DNA of 63,079 nucleotides, counting the filler, from Lenisia limosa (Eukaryota; Protista; Breviatea), in assembly GCA_001655205.1 (NCBI GenBank). It is 14 parts of 14 records of this genome, joined end to end, with 100 filler letters (N's around TTAATTAATTAA, not from the genome) between each part and the next. Parts side by side here need not be neighbours in the genome. Positions count along the whole stretch, not along the records: positions 12,660 to 14,907 come from LPNZ01005816.1; positions 15,008 to 16,715 come from LPNZ01008460.1; positions 16,816 to 19,368 come from LPNZ01005982.1; positions 19,469 to 22,064 come from LPNZ01008928.1; positions 22,165 to 25,967 come from LPNZ01001815.1; 9 more parts are not named here. The stretch is one strand, 5' to 3'. Under the pieces are notes generated by a model, which saw only the letters and a program-made list of their open reading frames with translations, searched no databases and was not told the origin of the DNA. Shown one piece after another: positions 13,297-25,351 of the stretch; position 1 is the first letter of the stretch; each line of letters opens with the position of its first letter. The translations under genes were made by a program, and so were the position numbers.

Positions 13297-14905
13297 ACAT
13301 CAGGAGATTCGAAAAGCTGCTGGCACCAGCCAAGGGAGAGAGCTTGAGCCTGGAATACAGTCAATTTTGAAAAAGAAGACAAGAACAAGGGCGTGCAGAA
13401 GAGCAAAGAAACTTCTAAAAAATATCACTATCCCCGCTTCGAATAGGTCTAATTGGAGAGAACCTACCCCGGATTTCAGTATTTCATCTATCCCGATTCC
13501 CACCTCAACGTTGCCAGTTTGCTGGAGGGGGGCCAGAACAACCGCCTCGAATAGCAGGCCTATTTGGATCTATGGGGGGTGAAATGGAGGAATTGTCGAT
13601 GAAGAATTTTGGCAGAATTATTTTTAGGTTCGAAAAAAACAATAAAATTTCAATACCTATCCAGAGTATAGCCAAGATACTATTCTCCAGAACTAATTGC
13701 AAAAGGGTTAAAGCCCAACTATAACGAAACTTGACTTGAGCGCCAACCTTGATGGTTTTTCTGAAGCGGAAAAAGAGGGTCGAGAAAAGAGCAAGGGCTT
13801 TTTTGAAGAGGCCAAGGCCAGGGTGCTCATACTCCAAATTCGAGACCACAATCACAACCAGGTGCATCTGCAATGTTAAGGAAAGAACTTCTCACGACAA
13901 GCAAGGTGTGCAGCAATAAGACTGTACATTTTTTAAAAATACAAGATTACACTTAATAAGTTGAAGTCCTCCCCACCTTTTCTCTGATGAGGTCCAAAAC
14001 AGCGGGGTGGTNNNNNNNNNNNNNNNNNNNNNNNNNNNNNNNNNNNNNNNNNNNNNNNNNNNNNNNNNNNNNNNNNNNNNNNNNNNNNNNNNNNNNNNNN
14101 NNNNNNNNNNNNNNNNNNCTTTTGACCGGGTAGATAATGAGATTTCCTGTGGGTTCGGCTCTTCTTCACCCTCCCTAGATGCGGTCAATTGTAGGTTTAA
14201 TTTTCTGAATCATAAGCCAAATAAACCTTTATTGTCCTACTGTATTGTATATTGTCTTATCAAGCTAAGCCTTAGTAGACACTATCAAGATATTCATCGC
14301 AGTAATAACATCCCCCCCCCCCGTACATGACTCGAGGCTGCTTCAGCGCAATGCTGCAGAGGGCATCTAAGATGGCAAGTGCGTCACTGATCTTGTCGTT
14401 ACTGGGGGAGGGGGGGGGTGACACAATCATATTGAATAAAAACAAAGCCAAATATTTGAGATAATAGGGGGGAAAGCCAATCCGTACTGAAGCTCCACAC
14501 TTTACTGCATGATGGAGTTCACAAAACCTAATGACAGCATCGTCCAATCCAAAAACATACCTGATCGGGGTTTGCGGCCCATCAGCGGAGGGTGGAAGCG
14601 GGGCTGAGGACTTGCGAACACTGTTATTGGGTAAGACCATTCGTTTAAAGTTTTAACACATAATTGTTAGACTTTCAAGATATGTCCATACCATATGATA
14701 TGATATGCTAAATGTTGTGAAATTCACAATAAAACGCGTAAAAAAATTCAGCTCAATCAAGGATATAAATAGACCAGGAGCCACACAGCATACCTGGCCA
14801 TTACGTGGGTCACAGACTGGGTGAGAGCGTTGCCAGCAGAGGCACGGTTTGGCGCACTGCGCGTCGTCTGTGGCGTAAACTTCATTGGCGTTCTACCCAC
14901 CACCC
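13297..14905 (-). CDS. Internal fragment of an unknown multi-exon protein (helical/hydrophobic segments)
   Basis: GT-AG exons: NDKISDALAILDALCSIALKQPRVM; REGEEEPNPQEISLSTRSK; MHLVVIVVSNLEYEHPGLGLFKKALALFSTLFFRFRKTIK; IQIGLLFEAVVLAPLQQTGNVE; AQALSLGWCQQLFESPD. Confidence 0.65.
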
Positions 14906-15640
14906 CTNNNNNNNNNNNNNNNNNNNNNNNNNNNNNNNNNNNNNNNNNNNNTTAATTAATTAANNNNNNNNNNNNNNNNNNNNNNNNNNNNNNNNNNNNN
15001 NNNNNNNATTCCAGGTAGAAGCGTCCTAGTTGTTTCCCGCTTCCAGTTCTATGATGTAGTCTATTTAAATCCTACAATGGCCGGCATAAAGCTCAAAGTG
15101 TCATTTTTATTACTTCTACAATTTTAATTATTCGCTCTGCGGGTGTTTCAGAGATATTGGATTACTCATACCTCATACCTTGAGGCTCAAATTTATCTGC
15201 CAGATTTGGACTCCAATGAAACCGAAAAGTGCATTAAAAACAAAACAAAACCATAAACCCGAACCATTTACTCTATCTACAAACACAAAACCTACTGATA
15301 GAGAGAATATCATAACAATAGCTAATAGCCAAAATAACAGACTGAGCCTNNNNNNNNNNNNNNNNNNNNNNNNNNNNNNNNNNNNNNNNNNNNNNNNNNN
15401 NNNNNNNNNNNNNNNNNNNNNNNNNNNNNNNNNNNNNNNNNNNNNNNNNNNNNNNNNNNNNNNNNNNNNNNNNNNNNNNNNNNNNGTGAGGAGTAACAAT
15501 AGACAAGTATGATATCCTATTTACCTTATAAGGCAAGTGCGTTAATTATTTTTTCCTTATAAGGTAAATATGATATGTTCAGACGCCATTTACCTTATAA
15601 CCCCCCTCTTGCCTTTTTCAGATTAACACTAACCACTTAC

Positions 15641-16668
15641 CTTTTTTGGCAGGCCAGACGCTGGGATGAAGTGCCCCCCAGGATGGCGGCAAATAAAGGG
15701 GGAGTCGAAGTGGGTGGCTAGCTTTTCCTGAGGGGTGAGGAGAAATGAAAGTCTGGCGGAGAGTAAAATTGGAAAATTTATGAAACAAAAAGATTAGAAA
15801 GCCTAAAATTAACTCTGTTGGCTGACAGCACACGAGGGTTGCGAAGATAAATCCTTGAAAAATATCGAAATTTGATCCATCTGTTGGAGCAAAAGTGAAG
15901 CTCTACAAAATATGGACCTCAATTGGACATCTTCCCCCCCCCCCCCCCNNNNNNNNNNNNNNNNNNNNNNNNNNNNNNNNNNNNNNNNNNNNNNNNNNNN
16001 NNNNNNNNNNNNNNNNNNNNNNNNNNNNNNNNNNNNNNNNNCTTTCAAAAAAACGTCCGTAGTTACAAAACTTAACCTTTTATTATGAAAGTTTGTTCAT
16101 AAAATACCTCTTTTATCACTTTATTTTTTAACTACAGACGCTGTCACTTTCTTTTAAGATGAGCCTTATTTTTGGTATCGAGTGTAATATAGGTCTTCAC
16201 TTCGGTTCAAAAAAAGACAAATTTTTTTTTCGCTAAATCTTCAATAAATAATATCAATATATTACCGGTCTTGCCCGGAGCGAAGCCCCGTATCCCTTTG
16301 TATGTTTCCCTCAATTTTTAATACAATACAGTGACCAGGATAAGTCTTGACTGATTTGCTCCATGATTTCCCAGGGAAAATAGGTCTAGACTTCCCGGTC
16401 ACTGTATATCACCCCCATACTCGATCTACCATTCGTGTTCCTCGCCCCAATCCCCATTTATGTGTTCCCCTAGATTGTATTTAATGAAATATTATCCCCC
16501 TGCCACCTTAACCTTGTCACGTGACTCGCTAAAGAGATCAGACAGATCCGCGGCCCGGGGGGTGAAGCCGGCACAGAGAACCGCGAACTTGAGGGATTTG
16601 GCCAGCACGGGGTAGGAAACTGGGTCGGTTTCGGCCAAACGGCATAGCAGCGAACCCATTACGGCTCC
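15641..16668 (-). CDS. FSH1: FSH1/OVCA2-family serine hydrolase (alpha/beta hydrolase), partial
   Basis: Exon 16521-16668 (Q)|GAVMGSLLCRLAETDPVSYPVLAKSLKFAVLCAGF matches the GFSQGA nucleophile elbow and FAV.xSGF strand. Exon 15641-15727 EKLATHFDSPFICRHPGGHFIPASGLPKK carries the family HxGGHxxP catalytic-His motif. Confidence 0.8.
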
Positions 16669-16984
16669 CTGGGGTGATATGAGAAAGAAAAAAAGTGAAA
16701 ATGCGATATTCCTATNNNNNNNNNNNNNNNNNNNNNNNNNNNNNNNNNNNNNNNNNNNNTTAATTAATTAANNNNNNNNNNNNNNNNNNNNNNNNNNNNN
16801 NNNNNNNNNNNNNNNCCCCCCCCCCCCACGCCCATTTTCTATTTTTACCCCTTGGAGTGATGGGATGCGGTTTTGCAGAAGCGACTGGCATGGGCGTTGT
16901 TTGTTTGGTTGTTATCAACCCTTGTGTTGTCAGCGGACAGAGTTTATTTCATATATTTTCCCATGTTACTCCCCCCACCCTCAG

Positions 16985-17558
16985 GTGTGATAGCCTTAAC
17001 CGGTTTGGAGGTTAAGCCTGAAGTGGATGACAAGGAATTGGACGAGGATGGGTTTTTCTGCGGCAAGTCCTTGTGGGGGGAGGGGGGTATAGTATTCATT
17101 CACTTCAGTTCAAAAAAAAACTGAATTTATCGATAAATCGTAGAAAAAGTATTTCCATATTCATTATTATCTGACATTTCAGCTGCTTCAAGTTTGTTCC
17201 TGAAGGGCCAAAACAGTACTATGTATCGTAAGCTGGGGATGAGTGTGTGGGTGGGGGGTAACTAATAGAAGGNNNNNNNNNNNNNNNNNNNNNNNNNNNN
17301 NNNNNNNNNNNNNNNNNNNNNNNNNNNNNGAAATCTTTGTATGGCACCTATATTACTCAGATGTATCTTCACTTCGGTTCGATAAAAGACCAAATTTGTC
17401 GATAAATCTTTGAAAACTATCGATATTTTACTTATCTTTTTCTTACCGAAGTGTGGTATTATTTGATGTCCAACGATTGATTATTTAGGTGTGACACATC
17501 TTCGAGCAAGACCGATTGGCTTATCAAACTGAAGCAAGCCGGAATCAAGGGAATCTAG
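16985..17558 (+). CDS. 3' fragment of an unknown gene
   Basis: Exon GVIALTGLEVKPEVDDKELDEDGFFCGKSL after the acceptor at 16984. Probable last exon CDTSSSKTDWLIKLKQAGIKGI* with TAG at 17556-17558. Confidence 0.5.
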
Positions 17559-17717
17559 GGGGGGATGTATCTTTTCTTATCTGTATGAGTAGTTATGTAG
17601 TCTTGTTGGACGATATGGGTGTTGTTTTGGTGATAATTAGGCTTTTCTCCAGTCTGGAAAAGTCCGTTTAAGTCGATATCTTATGAGGAATTATCGAGAA
17701 ATTCAGACTTGCATTTT

Positions 17718-19070
17718 GCTGAAGTGGGGATTCTGGTCCGCCATCATTTTGAAACAGTTTCGTAGTACTAAGATTTGAGCGTTCATTGTCATACCATGTC
17801 AAATAGCAACTAGAAAATGAGACATCCATAAAACTGCATAGTTTTAATTTGAAATATTTGATGGTGCCGATTGGAGACCTTGTTCGAATTTTAGACTTCT
17901 CGAAGTAGTGTCAAGCTCACATCGATTTGAAATTCCTGATTTGGGAATACAAAATTTCTTCGTCTCATGGTAAATGATGATAATTCATTGCAGTTTCATA
18001 AGACCAAAGTCAATGCGACTAGCATTGTGTGGTTTGGGATAAGCAGGATATAATCTTGTTTTATCTTTAATCTCTATAATGCTATGTATGTCAACACAAA
18101 AAATAAGCGATGGAAGATACAGAAGAGAGATATATGTATAAATAAATAACAGAACAAGTCACAACCAATTAGGCTATTGGTTCATAGACAACGAAAAGGG
18201 CTCGCACCCCTGTCGTTACAACCTAAAAAATCAAATGGGATTTTTTTTTGGATTAAAGGCCTAGTACTACGGTTTCCATAAGGTCTGGAAAAGTTAGGGA
18301 AAATATCGATATCACGGATTTATCAAAGAATTCAGTCTTTTTAGAAGTCTTCTTAAAACTACATGATTCCCACCTTTTTGATTGGACGCTTGATATGATT
18401 TTCAACAACCGTCTGCGGAATCAGTAAAGTCAAAGCCTCCATATTAGTTGAATAAAATAGAACTATCAAAAGAGGTATTATCGAGAAATCAAATAATTAG
18501 ATATAACATCAGTATAAATGAATCTAATCCTTGAAGGTATGTTAGGCAAATGATTGGGTGAATTAATAGTATACTATAATCCAATATCTCTGATAGCGTG
18601 ATGGTATGGACGACTTCGACCAGATTCATTCTTGTTTTTTATGTCTCATTGCTTTATATGAATAGAAATAGCTACTATGTAGAGTATATCATAAAGCATA
18701 TTATATCGAAATATTACACATGTGGCACGGAGGGCGCCAAGGAGCATGGGCTGAAGTATTGTCATTTGTTTATGGTATCCCTATGTATTTATTAGTTTCC
18801 TTGGATTTCGAATGTTTATTATTTCTCTTGCTCAACGATATGCCATACAATATAATACCACATCGGATAAGTACATGTATGTATTATATCCCTTGATCTC
18901 AAAAAACCCCACCGACCACGGGGACATAAGGCTTGTGCACTGACTGACAGTGCTGTGTGTTGATGGAGATTTCGTAAATGTCTGTTGAACCTATGTTGTG
19001 TGAGACAACTACGGATTACATACTGGGCCCAGAATTGAAAACTTAACAACCTCTCCTCCAATCTCTATGC
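17718..19070 (-). CDS. Fragment of an unknown multi-exon gene
   Basis: Candidate exons GSTDIYEISINTQHCQSVHKPYVPV, ALTLLIPQTVVENHIKRPIKK and CYLTWYDNERSNLSTTKLFQNDGGPESPLQQNA with GT-AG borders. Confidence 0.45.
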
Positions 19071-19117
19071 TCAACCTCTATGATCCTAGTTTCCAAAGAG
19101 ACATTGCTGCAAAAAAT

Positions 19118-19340
19118 ATACAGTGACAGGGATCAAGACTTATCCCGGTCACTGTATACAACTAAGCAAAATCGGTCAAGACTTATCCCGGTTTCTGCAT
19201 ATCACATAACAAATCCGTCTAGACTTATCGCGGTCACTGTATATCACATAGCAAATCAGTCAAGACTTATATCACATAGCAAATCAGTCAAGACTTATAT
19301 CACATTGCAAATCAGTCAAGACTTATCGCGGTCCCTGTAG
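19118..19340. repeat. Tandem array of family-B terminal inverted repeat derivatives
   Basis: A collapsed mini-element (cagtgacagggatcaagacttatcccggtcactgta) is followed by about 5 repeats of (caaatc.gtc)aagacttat(cccggtcactgta/atcacatag). Confidence 0.8.
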
Positions 19341-20319
19341 ATACACCCCCCATCCCTACCCACCTCCANNNNNNNNNNNNNNNNNNNNNNNNNNNNNNNN
19401 NNNNNNNNNNNNTTAATTAATTAANNNNNNNNNNNNNNNNNNNNNNNNNNNNNNNNNNNNNNNNNNNNCAAAAGGTACCACGGAAACTATCAGAATTAAC
19501 TACTCTGTTGCGTCAACTCCAAGTCGATCTTAATCATCAAAATCTTTCAAAAACGTGAAATAAATCTTGTTGGGAATATGCTTCCAATAAATCATTGTAT
19601 ATTCAGAATTTGAAGTGCTTTTGTGCTCAATAAGATACTGTAAGACATGTTTGTACAAATTAATATAAAAAGAAGAAAAATACGAATACATTGGGTAATA
19701 CTATAAACAGAGCACATTCCCACAATAAATGCCCTGATCTCACTTTTGTTAAAAAACAGCTTACTCCGGGCTCGATTCAAGCTCATTTGAGACATAGACG
19801 GAAGCATAACCCTTCGACATCTGAAAATACAAGAGGGTTTCAGTGAAAAGTGAACCCTGCTTGAAAGTTCAGTTCAAAAATTTACGATATTATTTCACTC
19901 TTAAAGAGGGGATCAAGGCAAACATTTTGGTAAATTTTCCACAAATTTTAGTCAAAATTGGGACATTTTTGGTATTTCTGTTCGCACTCAGGTTGGTGTN
20001 NNNNNNNNNNNNNNNNNNNNNNNNNNNNNNNNNNNNNNNNNNNNNNNNNNNNNNNNNNNNNNNNNNNNNNNNNNNNNNNNNNNNNNNNNNNNNNNNNNNN
20101 NNNNNNNNNNNNNNNNNNNNNNNNNNNNNNNNNNNNNNNNNNNNTATTTTACTCCCCATAACCTTGATTTTTCAACAAAATGATGAGAGTGGCATTCATC
20201 CTTCACCAAAAGCCTGGGTATTATATGTGAAGGATAAACTTGTCATTTTGCAACACTCGGGACTTATTATCTCATGCAAAATTACAATTTTCAAAATCAG
20301 GAGCCCTGGTATCACTGTT

Positions 20320-21759
20320 CAGGTGCTTCGTATTTTCGGAGAAGTGGGAATGAAAATGGAACAAGCCGTATTTGCGCGTCTTCCTTCTCTTCCTGGTAAG
20401 CTTACTGGGTGTTACAGATGTTCACCACACTCCAAAATCAGAAAACATTCGCTATTCTGTTTACTCTTCAGATATCGTCATCGCTACCCCTGGGCGTTTA
20501 GTTGACCATCTTTACACCACCGAGAACTTTGACGTACTTTCACTCGAATATCTGGTGGGCTATGACAAGACTATTCACTCGAATATTTGAGGGAGTTATG
20601 ACAAGACTCTTCGTGACTTCTTTTCACATTGTTGTGATATCTCTCGCCCCCGCCCCCCTCTCTCTCCTTCACTAATGTGGCAATATGTATTCAATAATAT
20701 GATACAATATACTACATATCGATATACATCTGATATACTATATAATATGCACACTATATCATAGGTACACATTCGGGCGTCCATTCTGACCACCACCGTT
20801 GCCCCCTAACACCCTAGATTATTGATGAGGCTGATCGTCTCCTTCAAGGCCAATTCCAAGTGGGGGGGGGGGGTAATAAAAACTGCAACATGGTGAAAGG
20901 AACCGATCGGCCTTGTACCCAACAGAGATGACTGGCTCTCTTCTTGAGANNNNNNNNNNNNNNNNNNNNNNNNNNNNNNNNNNNNNNNNNNNNNNNNNNN
21001 NNNNNNNNNNNNNNNNNNNAGGACTGGCTTTCTGAGGTTCTCTCCCGCCGCACCCCTGATGGGTAGGTGTCTATGTAGAAACGAGAAATAATTATTACGT
21101 TGAGCTTCACCTCTGTTTCAAAAGATGTGTAGATAGCAATAATCAAGGCTTTTTCTAAATTATTTCTGTTTTGTAGAACCAAAATGATACTCAATTTACA
21201 ACGATCCGCGGTTTTGTACTCTTTCTAAATCACGTCCAAAGCAGCTGTAACCTTTCAGCAACAAAGCTCAGAACGACCTCATGTCCCCGGTTATTCCTGT
21301 GAGCTTGAATCAGAATGGATTCTGATTCATTATCACAGCCCATAGCGCTGTTTTTTTTTGTGTGCCATTTGTCCACATACTATGTCAATCTTCTTGTGGA
21401 TTTTTAGTCGNNNNNNNNNNNNNNNNNNNNNNNNNNNNNNNNNNNNNNNNNNNNNNNNNNNNNNNNNNNNNNNNNNNNNNNNNNNNNNNNNNNNNNNNNN
21501 NNNNNNNNNNNNNNNNNNNNNNNNNNNNNNNNNNNNNNNNNNNNNNNNNNNNNNNNNNNNNNNNNNNNNNNNNNNNNNNNNNNNNNNNNNNNNNNNNNNN
21601 NNNNNNNNNNTCAAATCAAAACAGCACTTACCCCCCCAACAGGAGCGTTTCATCTCAGTCAGTGATGACACAAAGCCCATGATGCTCGCTCATATTCTGT
21701 CGCACCTCCAGTTCCGCACTTGTCTGATCTTCGCTCTTTCACTTGACGCCACTCACAGG
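20320..21759 (+). CDS. DDX51: DEAD-box RNA helicase, DDX51/Dbp6-like, partial
   Basis: Exon 20472-20554 DIVIATPGRLVDHL (motif Ib). Exon 20818-20859 IIDEADRLLQGQFQ (motif II) joins DWLSEVL. Exon 21642-21759 ERFISVSDDTKPMMLAHILSHLQFRTCLIFALSLDATHR (motif IV). DEADRLL..FQ.WL and KP...HLL...F..THR are typical of Dbp6/DDX51. Confidence 0.75.
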
Positions 21760-22249
21760 TTCGTTTTTTTATTGCACCCTGCTGCTGCTAACATTTACCT
21801 CATATTTGAGCTCCGCAAAAGACGGATATTGCGTGTAGAAATGCGCTCTACAAATCCGTCTTTAGTGTTATATCGATATTAGATTATATTTTTTTTGTAA
21901 TAAATTATTATATCTATGTTAAATGTGTACTATAGGATTGTTTTGAAAAACTGGGAAGGCAAGCAGAAAGCTGTGTGTACAGAGTTGTAAGGCAAATGAT
22001 TGGGTACATTAATATTACACTATAATTCCATATCTCTTATAAGCGTGATGTTGTGGACGGCTTCNNNNNNNNNNNNNNNNNNNNNNNNNNNNNNNNNNNN
22101 NNNNNNNNTTAATTAATTAANNNNNNNNNNNNNNNNNNNNNNNNNNNNNNNNNNNNNNNNNNNNAAATAATTTACCTAAATAGGGTATATTTTACCCGAT
22201 TTCTGCGGCCTAGCATATATATATTAAATAGTATATTACATAGAGAAAT

Positions 22250-22400
22250 AAGAAATAAAATAAGGTTGCATCCAGCCGAAGCCGTCCACACCATCACGAT
22301 TCTAAGAGATATTGAATTATAGTATCATAGTAATTCTCCCAATCATTTGCATTACAACTCTGTGCACACAACACAGCTTTCTGCGTCTCCACAGCATATA
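22250..22400 (-). repeat. Interspersed repeat family C (about 150-170 bp, no TIRs seen), most complete copy
   Basis: Consensus gcagaaagctgtgtgcacagagttgtaaggcaaatgattgggtgaattaat...atatctcttataagcgtgatggtgtggacggcttcggctggatgcaacctt+T-rich tail. Copies or fragments at about 7915, 8495, 11605, 18535, 21955, 43620, 43750 and 51170 (+), and 59410, 59825 and 61924 (-). Confidence 0.85.
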
Positions 22401-22410
22401 ATACCCCCAA

Positions 22411-23015
22411 CCAGTGGTAATTGCACGGGTCAGCAGAGTGTCAATATCTACGCAGAAGAAGTCCTGGGAGAATAAGGGGAGGGGGTGAGTAAAATTGGAA
22501 AATTTATGAAACAAAACAAAAAAAGCTCGGGGGGGATAATGGACCAAATCATGAAACAAAAAAACACAAGAGGGTGAAAACAACACTAAGAAAGCCCAGG
22601 CCAGTTGCTTCTACAGTAATGGGTAAACGGGGTGACGGGAGAGGGTCAATCCACAAAATAATTCAGAAGGAGGGCAAGCTCACACATGCGTGAAAACTGG
22701 TGGAAAAACAAAAAAAAAACCAAGAAATTTGTATTCAAAAAAGGAATGATAGCAAGAGAATTGAACTCACAGCTGCTCCAAGGAGCATAAAGATGGCTTA
22801 AAAACAGGAGCAAACTTCCAGAAAACAGAAAAAAGAATAAAAATGAAGGATTTTTAAGACAGATTCAATGAAATGAAAGATCCCTTCTTCCCTATGATGA
22901 CCTTCCATTAATATTGTCCTGGAACAACTCATACTACTCAAAATATGAAAAGGTAACAACGATTTATGGAGACCTGGAGCCCTTTAGGTGAGCTTTTGAA
23001 TTGCGCTACCTCCAG
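22411..23015 (-). CDS. Short exons of an unknown gene
   Basis: Exon 22411-22463 DFFCVDIDTLLTRAITT with a C-rich CAG acceptor. Further candidates AIFMLLGAA and EYQELEVAQFKSSPKGLQ. Confidence 0.4.
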
Positions 23016-23224
23016 CTCTTGATATTCTTGGTGAATTAACTAGTACCTAGACGCCAATATTGTTCATTGAAATTTACTTCGCACACAAAACCTCCCCTTA
23101 CAATAATGAGCTTACAAATTCATAATTCTTGCTATTCACATTCATCGTCCACACTAGACATAACTACATATCGATATATACTGTATGCTGTAATAAATTC
23201 TCCAGTCCCGCCTAACCCCTTTAG

Positions 23225-23795
23225 AATGTAAAGTACTTCCACCCGTACCTTCGCCAGTTCAGCGATGGTTACAGTGTTCCTTTTGGTTTTTTGGGTGAGG
23301 ACGGTTGGCGCCTCCGTACTACTGCCACCACCGAGCGCTGGGTCCTGGGAAAAAAGTCGGAGCTTCCCTTACCTCGTTTTGAAGCGTTTGGCGTCTTCTG
23401 CTGCAACTTCCGCATCCCATTGCTGCCAAGCTACAACAACAGATGGTCTAACTCCGGAGCCTTTTGGCCCAACACGGTCGTATTTACACTGTTGAGGAGC
23501 CTCAGCTCTATGCGTGTTTACACCCTGTTAGAGACGTCTGCCTCTACGCGACCAGTCCGATTGCCAACGACACGAGGGTTGCTAAATTTTTGGTGTCAAG
23601 TCCCCCGTGTCCGACCTTCCCGAGCTTGACAAGGACCATCACATCAAGTTTTGCCATACCCAGCCAAAGGCGTATCTTCGTCCTACCAGTCGCGTCTCTG
23701 CAGCCAGCCTCGTCAACCAACGTTGTTGATAATGGCTGAGACCAATGACGTCGTCTACCTGGTGTCAATTGAAGACGACTCTGTGGGAACACAAA
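23225..23795 (+). pseudogene. Decayed coding-like region with frame switches and in-frame stops
   Basis: GC-richer than surrounding introns, with protein-like stretches in three frames: VKYFHPYLRQFSDGYSVPFGFLGEDGWRLR...; IAAKLQQQMV*LRSLLAQHGRIYTVEEPQLYACLHPVRDVCLY; LPELDKDHHIKFCHTQPKAYLRP. No single open frame. Confidence 0.4.
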
Positions 23796-23835
23796 GTATC
23801 TGATATAATATAGTATCTGATATGTAACATCATAG

Positions 23836-24497
23836 ATTTTTCTGGGACACGCAACCTACCAGGCTTTGGTTCGGGTGGAATGATACACGACTCCGCCTTC
23901 GAATCTCTTCCGACAGACAACGTTCAATTTGTCACCCCACCGTTGCAGAGTATGTTCGCAAGACAGGGTCGATTGAGGTAGGAGGATTCCGCTATTTAGA
24001 TTGTTGTATTTTTGACAGCAACCCGAGTTCCCTTTCTTATTGGTCTTCAGGGCAGTTTTTGCAACGAGCGAAGAGGCATGAGCATAGTTGTCGTGTGCCA
24101 AAATTGCCACTATGAAGTGTACTTCTTTAATCGGAAGGAAAACCTTGCTGACGTTTCGGTTTGCTTAAACTCATTTATTTGTAGCTAAGTTTGTTGTTTT
24201 GTTTACTTTCCACAGGTGTTTGACTCGCTACAATTACGGGGCAAGCAGGACATCCGCAAGTTTCGAAGGCAATTCAAGCTACCCGAAAAAGGGCGTAATA
24301 TAATTTCGCCCTTGCGCAATATGCAGTCGTACGATAACGCCTGCGGGCCGGTGGCGTATTTATACTGCGGTGCCGTGTCGCGAATGCTGCATACGAGAAC
24401 AGAAAAACACCCGCGGGACTTGATGGACTGCCTTCCGCCATCAGTGGCCAGTGCGGTGCGGGGTCGCAGCCTCGAAGAAGAAATGAGATCATTCGTA
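23836..24497 (+). CDS. Clan CE (Ulp1/SENP- or adenain-like) cysteine protease catalytic domain, spliced
   Basis: MSIVVVCQNCHYEVYFFNRKENLAD (His at about 24108) is spliced via a phase-0 GT..CAG intron to VFDSL (24216) ...RNMQSYDNACGPVAYLYC (Gln 24324, Cys 24342). This gives His-Asp-(Gln)-Cys order with the Qx4-5CG motif. Confidence 0.6.
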
Positions 24498-25351
24498 AGC
24501 CATCCCCCGTCTTCTTTTTTAAAAAAATTATGAAATCGTGTTTACGTTTTGTCCACACTAATACATCGCAGTGGTATCTGGTTAGACACCTAGTTATGGA
24601 TCGTGTTTGTTTTTTTGGTGTAATGTACGTTTATGATTTTGAAGGTTTGGTTCCGATTATCACAACGAGAAATAGTAAAACAAGGTTGTCACACCATGAC
24701 GCTTATAAGAGAAATGTAATGAAGTTTTATATGTATATTTTTTAGGTGAGGGTAAGGTAAAGTTCCAAGATTTTAGGTGAGGGTAAGGTCAGCCAACGGG
24801 GCACCGGCCGTCCCTCCAGTTTTTTTTTTTTTTTTTTTNNNNNNNNNNNNNNNNNNNNNNNNNNNNNNNNNNNNNNNNNNNNNNNNNNNNNNNNNNTTAA
24901 GACGACCAGGGGCCAAGAACAAGACCAAGGCCAAGACCAAAATAGTCATGAAAACCCACCGATTTGGTAAAATGAGAAACAATGTATATAGCCCAACAAA
25001 ACTGGTGTTTACTTTTCCAATGAAGACTTGATTCACTAAATCGTATAAAAACAGCAAGTATAGCAAAACACAAAGCCGGCAAGTAAGATCAATCAAAAAG
25101 TGTATCCCCGTTGAGAGCATACGAAGAGATCCAGGAACAAATAGGTGCCTTGATCAGCCAAGTCGCTGATATGACCGGAAACCAGGTCTTTCAGTTGTAC
25201 AAGCGTTTCTGGCCTGTTTGAATTAGTAATGATTGTGTAGAGTAGATGACTACACATTTTTCGAAGAAATCATATTAATGAAGTATGCTTAGGATTTCCA
25301 TCTGATTCGAAAACGTCCAGTAGAGGAGCATGACTGCTATACTTCACCCAC

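Noticed and set aside
16985-17000. Similar exon starts GVIA.. after family D at 16985 and 58472, hinting that the element extends into exons
   Set aside because: Only about 9 shared nt, and other D-adjacent exons start differently, so this is likely chance.
24742-24792. taggtgagggtaaggt duplication resembling telomeric repeats
   Set aside because: Only two copies with a spacer and no regular TTAGGG-type array. It is a local duplication whose relation to a splice site is unclear.
23400-25230. Possible stop-codon reassignment (TAA/TAG as Gln, or TGA as Trp) suggested by in-frame stops in protein-like stretches
   Set aside because: PSMD3 ends in TAG and the WD40 and 49895 genes end in TAA, and conserved exons contain no in-frame stops. 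Different frames here would need different reassignments, so decay or non-coding sequence is simpler.
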